Shown here: positions 1 to 10,225 of the stretch, one piece after another
How the letters are laid out: each line of letters begins with the position of its first letter
Position numbering within the stretch: the first letter of the stretch is position 1
Source: Haplodiscus bocki
Taxonomy: Eukaryota
DNA: 64,000 bases
Assembly: GCA_965655095.1 (NCBI GenBank)
Contig: OZ296651.1
Location: forward strand, 3,844,001 to 3,908,000
Direction: 5' to 3'
Position numbers and translations under genes: made by a program
Notes under the pieces: model-generated
Databases searched by the model: none
Told to the model about the DNA's origin: nothing
Seen by the model: the letters and a program-made list of their open reading frames with translations, nothing else

Positions 1-3000
1 AGAGGAGTATAATTGTTTCGTTTTGTAATGTGAAGCTTGTTATCAACGTTTTTCGAGGTTGAGACAATAATCTTTCTTCTTAGGAATAGTTTTTCATCAA
101 GTCTCCGATATCACTCTTGCTAACTAAGGTGTTCTTGAATATTGGAGGAAAGCTATCCAATTTCGATCTCAGATTTTCAGGTACTTCAATATCGCACTGC
201 ACATAGCCAAATAACTTTCCTTTCTTTATTTCTTTTGAAAGTTGCTCAGCTGCAATTGAACGCCTGTAAGGAAAGTGCTCTCGGATACGTTGTTTAACAG
301 TATTGTTTGTTTTATACACTCTCCGCCATCGCACTCCCACATTACAATAACCTTGAAGCCTTTCTCTTGTATACAGTATCCTCTCAATGCATAGAGCTCT
401 CTCTTCTTGCTACCACATTGAATATCCTCTTGGGAGAGAGAGGGACGCAGCTCTTGACAGAGACAGAAGTGGTAAAAGCAACCCATGGCCTCAAATGGAG
501 TGTTGCAATGAGAACAAAATCCTTCAACACTAAAGTTCTCAATTTTCCTCTGTCTGCCTCTTGCAAAGAAGTTTTCAATTACACATTCTGGTCTTGTTCG
601 TTGGAAATAGGACATGACCATGTGTTCAAAACTGCGGGTGTTGTTTTGTCGAGGCGTGAATGTACCCGTTTCTGAATCGAAATTCCAACGCGTATAATGA
701 CCGGTAGGCATGGGTTAACACATTGAGTAGGGATAGAGTTGTCTGGCAACAATCCCAACAGTAGATTTGCATATGTTTGGAGACTTTCGAATAAACGTTT
801 CATCAGCAACTGCTTTGCGTGTAAAAACGATTGATGGACCACCAACAGCATCTTCTCAAATTTTTCCAAAACGGTCCTTATCTCCTTCCTTGAATAGATA
901 TAATTTTCCATCAGCAAATGTCGGCCAGGTTTGGTAAAAAAACAACCAAGCTTTAACATATCGATATCTTTGTCATGGTAAAAAGCAATCTGTTTCTGCA
1001 TTGCTTCTGAAGTTGGCACAACATCTTGATTGTTATAGTCTTTGAATGAGCTCATTTGTTCCTGCTTCTATATTTGTTGTAGGTATTGGTACTTTTCAAT
1101 CCCAGTAGGAGTGGCTTTGAGAGTTTTAATTTGACGACGGCTTATTCCGTGGTCAATCCACTTTTCAAATGATAAACAAAGTCCGTGTATTTGGCTCCAA
1201 GATGTTCACAGCTACAATTTTTACTGTAAAAGGCGTCAGATTGGGGAAGTTGTGTATTCTGCATTTTGTCAGGGTGATCAAACCATTCGTAGCGAAAAAA
1301 AAAACGTTTTGGTTCTGAAGTTTTGTATGCCTTCAAGATTGAATCAAGGCGTCTTGCTCCGTCAAGAAAGTTCATTATATCCAAGAGCCGAATGTCACCA
1401 AGCTTGAGCGAGATGAACTGGTTCGCTTTCTTGATGACAGTGGGCTCAAGGTCTCGATCGTTAACAAGAATGGGTAGCAAATAGGATTTGAAAAAATTGA
1501 GGTCGTATTTTGCACTTTTGAAACCAACTACAGATAAAACGTTGCAATAACGTTCCAGAGAATCTTGAAGATCAATTAAATGGTTTTTTTGTATCTGTAG
1601 GAATTGGGTTGAGGCACAAATTGCGTTATCACAATCATCTTGACTCATGTCAAACCTCGCATGCCCTCGTCGTTTATGACGTTGAGTAAGTTTCTCCAAG
1701 ATGCTGCCCAGTTTAATCTTTATTGTTGTCTCGATATCAAGGAAAAAATTTTCATTTACGCTTTGCTTTGGGAAGCTAAATTTTCAAGAGCTCCAATAAA
1801 AGATGCAACGAGGTGATGAGGACCAGAGTTGCAGAGGAAAATTGGTTCTTCCACAAGGTTTGAAGAAATTGATACAGATATCGGGACATGTATCCCTATC
1901 CAAGTTGTTGGTTTCCTCGTGGACACAAATCGATTCAAAGTCGAAAATTGCTAAAGTTTTGAAGAGTTTTTGTTCACTCGTTTACTTATTACCGAAAGAG
2001 TCCAGCTTGTCAAAGGAAGTTTCTCGGATTTGATATACGTTCCGCGGAAAGACATTTCTCACTCGTTCACTGCATGTTGTTGAATGTCGCTCCAAATTGA
2101 ATGTTTTGTTGAAAAAATTGTCACAATTAGGGCAGCGAATAGATTGGAATTCTGCAATAATGTTGTTCACGTAGAATATGTGGTTGTTGTATCTTAGCAG
2201 CCTCACAGTATTTTCGTATTTCTGCACACTTCGTCTTGCAAGTTCTCCGACAAAGTTCCCATCCACATTATCTATATCATGCAGCAGAATATTGACAGTT
2301 AGAAGATCTTCAGCAGTAGGAATATTGTTCATGTGGACTCCTTGGAATTGATTGGGGCTCAGTCCATCCATTTTATTGATGAATAAATTGAACAATTTTG
2401 AAGTTTCTCCTTCCAGTCATTGATTTCCGTGCAAATAGTGAGCAACAGTTCAAAAAAGACAGAGGTTGTCGTTATAGGGTTGTCTTGTACTTTCTTCAAA
2501 CGTGAGACAATTGATTGTGTGATTTTTAGGCAGACGTTGGGGAAGACTGCGTTCTTGCACCCCATAGGTACTCTTTGAGTAAAGCAAATACAGTTAAGTT
2601 TGTTAACTTCTAGAACCTCCACTTTGTGCTCAATCTTTCTCTAATACACGACTAGATGACGTCAGACTTGATAAGAAAATCTTTTAGCTTCGCCAAGTCG
2701 TCCTGGTGCACACAAGTTTGGATCGATCCAGCAGGGTATTGTTTTCGTGTGCGTGAAAGCATCTGAATATTCCATCCTCTATGTTTTTCAAAAAGAAATC
2801 AAAAGCCAGATTCACTTATGCTGCACATTGAAAATTGTTGAAAAAATGATCAAATTTTCCGTTCACGATTGCTTCGTTGAGAGTTTCCACTGCGTAATTG
2901 AATACTTTGTGTCTCGCACTTTCAAAATCGGAATCCACCACGAAATGTTGACAAGATCGCTACTCTTTTCTCAAACTCTGATCCTCAACATCTCCCACTA

Positions 3001-3321
3001 TGTTTTCCACATCCACATCTCTTGTTCCGGATCCGATCTGCATACCGCGTTGACTGTTTCTATGTTGACGTAAAACATAAAATCCTGGAAACTCATGATA
3101 ACAAACTTTACACTTGAAGGTGACATCAGGTTTTGGGGCACTGTGCTTGATAGCAATATGGTAATTCACATCGCTTCGGGATTTTGTGAAGAAATTGGGA
3201 CACTGGGTACAATACAGTGTTCTAACTCAACATCTATTCTTGTGCCGTACAATATTGTTTCTTGTAGTTTGGGTACCACAATTTTCACATGTAATTTTTC
3301 TTTTCGAATTAACGAAAGCAT
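1..3321 (-). pseudogene. polB: Protein-primed family B DNA polymerase (pPolB), fragmented; continues beyond position 1
   Basis: Fragments in order from ATG 3321: three Zn fingers, DNLCLF...NNHIFY (OTU-like Cys/His), ExoI IFDFESIC (~1925-1950), ExoII GFKSAKYD, ExoIII YNNQDV, motif A region IVGI(D)A.QLYPYSMC.PMPTG (~700-770), Vsr-like segment, then GYVQCDIEVP/FPPIFKN. Many stops and frameshifts. Confidence 0.92.
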
Positions 3322-3590
3322 TTCATAATAGTAATTTAACAGAATAGTCTGAAAGAAACGTGAAGATTGAAGCGAATTGACTGTAGCGGGGCGAATGAAA
3401 TAATGGTGAAAAATTTATAAAAAAATTTTTATATTATTTTTCTCATTCATAGAAAAATCCATGAAAGGGAAAACCAACCAAAAAAGGCAAGACTAACCAT
3501 GAAAGGATTAACTGCAAGAGCTGTCAATAATTCTTTTTCATCCTGAAAAGCGACAGTAAATAAATAATTTTTTGATTAAATGTTTAGACC

Positions 3591-3830
3591 GCTTGTCTGT
3601 GAAAACATTTCATACGGAGCAAGTTCCTCTAATATGGTGACACGTTGTCTGAGAAAAATATTCATGTGGGTTAACAATTCCAGACAGCGTGTCTGAGCAA
3701 ACTACTCAAGTGGAACAAATTCCCTCGATAAGGCGACAGCTTGTCTGAAAAAATAACTCGAGTGGAACAATTTCCCCCGATAAAGAGTCAGCTTGTCTGA
3801 GAAATTTAATTTGTTTAGCTTGTCTTTTTG
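3591..3830. repeat. Degenerate ~52-bp tandem repeat with quasi-palindromic GACAGCTTGTCTGA core
   Basis: Core (g/c)(c/g)(t/g)TGTCTG at ~3591, 3643, 3687, 3739, 3791, 3818, in the intergenic region between divergent polB and plus-strand genes. Confidence 0.75.
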
Positions 3831-4097
3831 AGTCTCAATTGTCAATCAAAAAGATGTCCATAAAAGGAGCAAAAATTGAATTTTGCACAGATTGTACAGT
3901 GTAGTGGTTAAAAGCTTCCAATTCGAGAAATTATCAACATAAGTTCTTGCAGTGAACCAACCAAAGCGTCTAACCACTAAACCACGGCTTCTTATCTAAT
4001 TATCCAAAGAGAAAAATTTGAATCTGGTTGGTTAAAATTATTATCATTGAAAATCGAAATCCGCATTGTTTCCACCGATCAATTCATTTTCCAAAAT

Positions 4098-4743
4098 TTA
4101 CTAATCATAGAAAGTTGATGTCTGTCAAAATACAGATTCCCAGTTTGTGCAAAAATTATTCATTTTACGAAGAAATACCAGAGGAGTTTTTGGACGAAAC
4201 TGACGTAGATAGTTAATTTTACCACAACATTTTTGACATTTCCCAGTCACAGCATCGAATAGTCCGAGTTAGCAGAGGCTCCAACAAAAAATCATTTGCA
4301 ATCAAGTTGTTCAAGTTTTGCGATATAAAGACACAGCAACGTTATCTCCTCCAAGAAGAAGTGAATATCTCCAAAAGAGAACTCACTCGTTTGGTCGACA
4401 ACCTGCGCGACTTTCTCAAAACTTTTGGTCAAGCTAGCAAGTGCATAAAGGTTCCCCTACCGAAGCCAAAAGTTGAGATTGGATCTCAAAGTCGAAAGAC
4501 AATCTCTTTGCTCATCACTATAATGATATCATTGAACATCCAAATAGACATATTCGTTTATCATCGCGATTTGAAAAGCACAATTCTTGCATATTTTTCC
4601 TCAAAATGTTTGAACTACACGGCAATCAATTTATTCTTACAGAAATTGTCAACCTTAACCATCGTGAAATTCACCGTCTCTACAAGAACCGATATTACGC
4701 TGCATACATGTGTGAAATAATCGAGAGCAATTACAATGTGTAG
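4098..4743 (+). pseudogene. Accessory protein with two internally repeated putative PC4-like domains
   Basis: Joined across a stop (4214-4216) and a frameshift (~4485): RIVRVSRGSNKKSFAIKLFKF...QEEVNISKRELTRL and RHIRLSSRFEKHNSCIFFLKMF...TEIVNLNHREIHRL. Fold assignment is inference. Confidence 0.5.
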
Positions 4744-5209
4744 CGCACTCACCTTTTATTGTGGCTATAACAATAGCACTATTATTCTCATTAGGGACGT
4801 GTTTTGTCCAAATACAAAGTGTTCGGGTAAACTTTGCCTGTACAAAAAAACTTTTCAATCTCTCGGCACAAGCGGTTATCAATGTCCGCAATGCGCGTCT
4901 GTGTGTCAGGAGCGCAAAATTCCTTTTGAAGATCAAACAAAGTCCTTTTTCGTGTCAATTGGTCGAGGGCTTTACATTTTTGAAGAGACTCCAAAATCAT
5001 TTCAAGATGTTAAGGAATTGTGTTTTGTCCTGCTAACTATTGTTCCAACAGAAAGAAATGCGCATCTCTTGGCGGTTATGTAACAACTCCGAGATCTATT
5101 TATGGTTGTGGAGAGTGTAGAGTCCGGTTGTTTGTTCACAAAATCCATTTTTGTTACAAGAGTACGTAAAGACGACAAAAACAGACAAAACACGCTTTTT
5201 CTTTGCTGA
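4736..5209 (+). pseudogene. Cys-rich zinc-ribbon-like accessory protein, paralog 1
   Basis: DVFCPNTKC...YQCPQCASVC...IPFEDQ; internal stop at 5081-5083 and the frame continues to 5209. Confidence 0.6.
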
Positions 5210-5248
5210 AAAAGTCGACCTCTGTACACAACGAACAATTGTTAGTTA

Positions 5249-5706
5249 ATGCCCCATTTCAATCACCAAATATAGAAAGAAAGAATTGTGTGTGGACAAC
5301 AAAGTACGAGAGACTATTGGAGATGTGTATTGTCCAACACGTAGAAATGAAAAGTGTGTTTACATGTCAACCATTAAAACGACTAGTTTCTACGACTGTA
5401 AAAAATGAAAAGCCTGCTGCCACGTTTTGAATATTCCTTTTAAGGACCAAAAACGGACAATTATGTTGTTTGGCGGTAATGGTACACATTTTTTTCCAAC
5501 AAAAACAAGTCGCGACTACGAAAAAAAAGCCATCACCATTTTTGAAGAAATTTCTCCGCCAATCACATCCAAGCACATCCGAACCTGAACCAAAAAGGCA
5601 GAAGTTATTCTATTCATGGCATAATCTTGTCGACACCCCATTAGTTGATACTGTTAACGAAAACTTCATATACAATCACATTTTGTACACTTTCACTTTA
5701 CAGTAA
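5249..5706 (+). pseudogene. Cys-rich zinc-ribbon-like accessory protein, paralog 2
   Basis: Frame not in the ORF track: ELCVDNKVRETIGDVYCPT...YDCKK*KACC...IPFKDQ...FGGNG. Shifts into ORF 5470-5706 (PEPKRQKLF). Confidence 0.55.
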
Positions 5707-5744
5707 AGCAACATAATTCTCCCAGTCTCCAACTAGGGTATTGA

Positions 5745-6283
5745 GTGGTCTCTCGATTTTGGACCAGAGTCAGTGACTCTAACTGTGAAAGATCTCTTCC
5801 AAGAAACGACAATAAGCTCACAAGAAATAACTTTGGCAGCTTGGAGCTTGTTGTTGTTTCAAAGACAACAGTTTTTGAACAATCATCTGTTACCCCGAAC
5901 CAGCAAGGAAAACATGAGATGAGGGACGAAGTACTTTCAAGTGTAGGTGCACAAGAAGACTTGGACACAAGCGGGTATCAGGTGTCTGCTGATCTGGACG
6001 ATGTTGAATTCTGCTGGAAAAATGATTAGCTAGACGAGACGCTGTTTTTAGACCGGGCATTGATACTCCATTCTCACCAACAGCGTTTGACGACTTGGAG
6101 ATGGGAGGTTCATCAGAAGACTCCATTCTGCTCGACGAAGTGGAAGACAAGGAGAACTCACCTCCAACAACAACACCAGTCTCTGAGAGACCCACTCGAC
6201 CCCCTGTATTGTTGAGAATTCCTCAATTTGGAACAAGAAATGAAAATGTTCCTGATTATGTTTATAGAATCTTGTTTCAATAG
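5745..6283 (+). pseudogene. Acidic, probably disordered protein with KEN box and C-terminal RxLF motif
   Basis: ORFs 5745-6029 and 6095-6283 joined across a stop/frameshift; DKENSPP (KEN at 6149-6157), TP/SP sites, C-terminal YRILFQ. Confidence 0.5.
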
Positions 6284-6365
6284 GTTTAACGGTGTTTGTG
6301 TTTTAATACAAATTATAATCAACGTGTTTCAGTTAATCATAATCTTTTCCAAAAACTACTCAGAC

Positions 6366-6629
6366 ATGTGTGAGACAAAAACAGTTTTAGTATCTATATC
6401 AATAGTTTCACTAGTAGCAGCAAGTTTCCGGATATATCAAGCCCATACAGAGAAAAGAGTGGGTCACCATAGCAAAATCAAAAGTCAAGGTCCTTGCGAA
6501 AACGAGTACAAGAAGTTTTGTTTGAACGGTGGCGAGTGCCATTATCTAGTTGACGAAGAAATTGTAGGCTGTAACTGTACATGGTTATATGCAGGAGAGT
6601 GATGTGAAAAGTACATATGGCGGGCCTAG
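6366..6629 (+). pseudogene. Small secreted or signal-anchored EGF-like growth factor (EGFR-ligand/neuregulin-type spacing), one nonsense codon
   Basis: MCETKTVLVSISIVSLVAASF (hydrophobic leader)...CENEYKKFCLNGGECHYLVDEEIVGCNCTWLYAGE*CEKYIWRA. Pattern is C-x7-C-x5-C-x10-C-x-C-x8-C if TGA 6600-6602 is read as Arg. Confidence 0.85.
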
Positions 6630-6666
6630 GTTAGAATTTGGGATTTGAAAAAAATGAAATTTTTTA

Positions 6667-6860
6667 AATTCACTATCTGACACGTTAAAAATGTTTGATA
6701 CAAAATCCGACAAGTCGAAAAAAAAATTCAAAGTCTGACGCGTTGTCTTTGTTTCAATTCAAAATGTGACACGTTGTATTTTTTTCTATTCGAAATCTGA
6801 CGCGTTGTATTTCTTATTTTAAAATCTGCCACGTTGTAAAGATTTTTATTCAAAGTCTGC
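6667..6860. repeat. ~30-bp tandem repeat, 7 degenerate units, core AAATCTGAC(A/G)CGTTGT
   Basis: Cores at 6676, 6706, 6734, 6765, 6796, 6825, 6856. Confidence 0.85.
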
Positions 6861-6906
6861 TTTTCATATCCGCTCTGCAGATTCTAGCTGAAATATTATC
6901 AAAATG

Positions 6907-7590
6907 CTACCAACAGTAAAGAACAAATTGTTGGAAAATGACGACGGCTTGCGGTAAAAGATTTTTTACGAGTTTATGGCATAACTTTGTCTCACGTTTG
7001 ACACTACCTTTTTGGTTATTGCGTTCTTTATAGCAATTAGATTCTTGATGGGTATGATGACTACCAATTGCACTACCAATTTTTTTATACAAATTTTTTT
7101 GGAATTCAGAAAATGGTTAGTTCACAAAAGTTTTGTTCTAAAAGATATTAAGTTACTAGTATAGTTACCATGACCATCTAGAAAACAATCTACAAATTTT
7201 ATCAGATCTAACTCAAATTCAGTCATTTTAATTTGTTCAAGTCTGTTTGCAAAGAGTGATCCACTATTTTGCGTTGATTTGGTCTTTCGGAAGGAGCTCA
7301 ACAAATGTTCTTTGTACTTTTTCCTCAAGGGTCTCTTTTTCGCGATGCTGGGCATTCTGTCCACTCTTCTGTTTTGGTGGCTGAAATGAACGGCCACCAA
7401 AATTGAAAATCAAAAACTTGTCCAAACTTGACAACAATTTGGCCACTGGAGCGGTACTTGAAACGTTTATACAGACAGTCCACGTATTGGTAGTTGAAAC
7501 AGAATGCATCAAATTTCTGTAGCAACTCTTTAATGCTGCCCACTAGTGTAAGAGACATCTGCATTTGGGTAAGAAGCACATCTTGTCATC
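6907..7590 (-). pseudogene. One or two decayed hypothetical Polinton accessory genes
   Basis: Overlapping minus-strand ORF fragments (e.g. KELLQKFDAFCFNYQYVDCLYKRF...FWWPF; MTEFELDLIKFVDCFLDG). No recognisable family. Confidence 0.35.
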
Positions 7591-7810
7591 GTGGCGGGCA
7601 ATACAAAATTCTTTACTCACTTTAATTTTTTCATATACGTCTGCAGAAATAAAGAGGCTGTTTTTTCAATAATTTGTATAAAAGCTGGCAATCACTTGTT
7701 ACATTACAGCTACCATCTGATTGTTGCATCGTTTTATGAAAAAATAAATCTCAAAAGATACTGTTACTTTTTTAAAATCCCACCAAGAAAAGAAAAAGGG
7801 TCCATAAATA

Positions 7811-7887
7811 GAAATGTCACGTGACAATGACCAAAAATGAAAGAATCTCCTTTTATGGAAATGTCACGTGACAAGGACTAAAAATGA
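7811..7887. promoter_or_regulatory. Two perfect TGTCACGTGACA palindromes (E-box, USF/MiT-TFE type) in a 47-bp-spaced direct repeat; putative divergent promoter
   Basis: Palindromes at 7815-7826 and 7862-7873 within GAAATGTCACGTGACAA.GAC.AAAAATGA x2, between divergently oriented genes. Confidence 0.6.
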
Positions 7888-7990
7888 TACCTTTACAAGC
7901 AAAGAAATGCAACTCAACAATCAATCTTCAACTTTGATTCACAAAAGAAATCATTTTTTTTCACCTACCAGCATTCTATCTCGTTCACCC

Positions 7991-8560
7991 ATGGCTTACA
8001 GCACTACTGCTTCCTTGGACAAGTTAACTTGTACCGACTATGTGGACTTTGGCAAATGTCAAGACATATTTGAACGATTTTCTTGGTCCAAAAAAGATTC
8101 CAACTACTTGGATGTAAGACGCAAAGAGAGATGACAACCAAGAATTCCGACTTGCAAAAATCTTACAATGGGAGAAGCGGCTTCAAACCATTTTATGCGA
8201 TTGAGGAATCAGCAGGTCAATGCAGCAGAAAATTTTGCTAGAGAGGAAAATTTGACCCCAGTGCTGATACCTACATTGTCCAAAGGCATGGATGAACAAT
8301 TCAAACTGGCTCACAATGTAGCTGATGTTGTGGACCGAGCAAACAGAAAGATTTGTGAGACTCTGCTGTGGGTCAATGTGGACAAGCCTGAGAGTTTCTA
8401 TGCTCAAATCCGATTATTTGCTAGAAAGAATGAGGACGAGATGTTTCAACAAGTTGTCTATGTGAATTATAAACTTGAAGAATTTATCTATTTAATTGAT
8501 GTAATGAATTCTGTATGTGATAAAAATATTTTTAATCAACCCATTTGTAATGTTCTATAA
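7991..8560 (+). pseudogene. Accessory protein with two putative PC4-like repeats
   Basis: MAYSTTASLDKLTCTDYVDFGK...FSWSKKDSNYLDV [frameshifts] ...NRKICETLL...FYAQIRLFARK...FQQVVYVNYKLEEFIYL. Confidence 0.5.
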
Positions 8561-8613
8561 AAAGTACTTGCATCTGTTTACTCTTTATTAAAAATTTTTC
8601 TATTCGAATCAAG

Positions 8614-9033
8614 ATGAGTTGGAACATTGGAGATAATAGAAACCACTTTCTCAAGTTAAAATCAAAATTGGGACTCTATTATGTTGTACTTACAACTCCG
8701 AAAACTTCTCCCGAAAAACTTACACTGACTGTAAATGAAATGCAACAATTGCCAGACAATGATAAGACTATTTCCAAAGAAGAAAAATCTTGCCCAAAAT
8801 GGAAGATATATAAAGGTAGGAGAAAAATATGTTTGAACTTCCAGACTGATACAGACAAGCTAAATATTGTCGTGTACCCTTGCAGAAACAGTTTATACCT
8901 CAAAGATAAAGAAGTTGATTTGAAATTCACAGAATAACAGTCACTTCTGGCAGAATGAGTTTATCTCTTGAGCTACATTGACATTTTCAACAAGCGATGC
9001 ATTGAACTTTATGAAGCAACTATTCATAACTAA
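8614..9033 (+). pseudogene. Accessory protein with a single putative PC4-like domain
   Basis: RRKICLNF...KLNIVVY...LYLKDKEVDLKFTE*QSLL; frame continues through two stops to 9033. Confidence 0.45.
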
Positions 9034-9434
9034 AACAACCTTTGTCAAGAAGGGAAGAACTCTTTCCAATTGTACTCGGGATTAAAATTGTCATTTGAGC
9101 ACACTAGTGTTCGGAAAAACCTATTTGTAAGTGCATGTTTCTGTTGGGATTCTAGACTTTTTTTTAAAATTTTAAAATTGGAGAAATCATTGGTTATGGG
9201 AACTCGTATTTGGCGATTTTATTTCGTCATTTCAAAGTATTTAGACTACCGGGAAAACTACAGGATGCTGCTGGAGCAGTGCGGACACATAGTGGTAAAG
9301 GGCCTGGCTCCAGTGACATAATCGGACGAGGACCAAGTTCATGTCTGTTCGGTCAAGTGAATGGGCTACTCTTTTGCCTTCACGTAGAGCTCTTTCTGCC
9401 CTACTTTTTCAACTCTCTCGACTTTTGAAACAGT

Positions 9435-9857
9435 ATGTTTGGCATTGTAATAGATATTTAGTTGGCAGATAGAAACGTTTTTAAGGAACATGGAGTTTTT
9501 ATTGATGGCAAAGTTCAGGGATACTCATTTCTTCCTCCAAAAATGTACAATTCCATAAAACAAGAGTTTTGGTGCACAAGAAGCTTGCACGGTTTTTTGT
9601 GGAACAGTGGACGTTCTAGAGCTGTAAAGTGTGAATACTTTCCAAAAGGAACAAAAAAATACAAGATTCTTGGTAATTTATTGGATAAAGGGTTGGAAAA
9701 TTTGGAAGATCACGGCTGTCCCAAAGTTCAAGATCTCGCTGATGAAGTAAGTTGGATTTGCTCGAGTTACCCATTGAGACACACAACCACACTTTACTGT
9801 GCAGAGCGTAAAGCAAAAATGTTTGGTAACTGAATAATGCGACTTTTATTGTTGTAA
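9435..9857 (+). pseudogene. DEDD/DnaQ-like 3'-5' exonuclease-type protein with Cys/His-rich C-terminus
   Basis: MFGIVIDI*(E)LAD..VFKE.G, LHGFLWNSG, PKG..K, NLEDHGCP, C-x6-H-x5-CA. The TAG at the expected DxE glutamate is one substitution from GAG. Confidence 0.6.
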
Positions 9858-9965
9858 AGTTTGTAATGTGAAATGTATTGTCACACTCTACAAAAATAAA
9901 TTCTTTAAATAGATTCAATCGTTTTCTTCGAGATTCAATATTGAGAAAATGAGCGTACAAGACAG

Positions 9966-10225
9966 ATGACTGATCAAGAAAACAGTATTAATCTGATAAA
10001 ATTGTCTTTGACGACAACAATCAAGAGAGAAAATCGTGGGCTTGTTTGGGACAAACCTGTTCCAGATCTTTAATTGTGTTTTTGTCCCAACATTTTGTGA
10101 TTCTTTTTATTATCTTTGGTTGCATTTGGAGAATTCATCTTTCAAAAACTTGTAGCGAATCCACTGTTTGGGTGGTATTTCTGTGCATTTCAGCAGGATA
10201 CATTTTACCCTCACCAAGACTTTGA
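9966..10225 (+). pseudogene. Small two-transmembrane protein upstream of the ATPase
   Basis: After an early frameshift: SWACLGQTCSRSLIVFLSQHFVILFIIFGCIWRIHLSKTCSESTVWVVFLCISAGYILPSPRL*. Not in the ORF track. Confidence 0.65.

Noticed and set aside
3591-3830. CRISPR-like array with palindromic repeats
   Set aside because: The inter-core sequences are homologous to each other, so this is a degenerate tandem repeat.
6667-6860. CRISPR-like array
   Set aside because: Period is only ~30 bp, linkers are short, related and AT-rich rather than unique spacers, there are no cas genes, and the context is eukaryotic.
9040-9450. Possible minus-strand gene with CPHC motif
   Set aside because: Several stops and no recognisable family; too weak to annotate.
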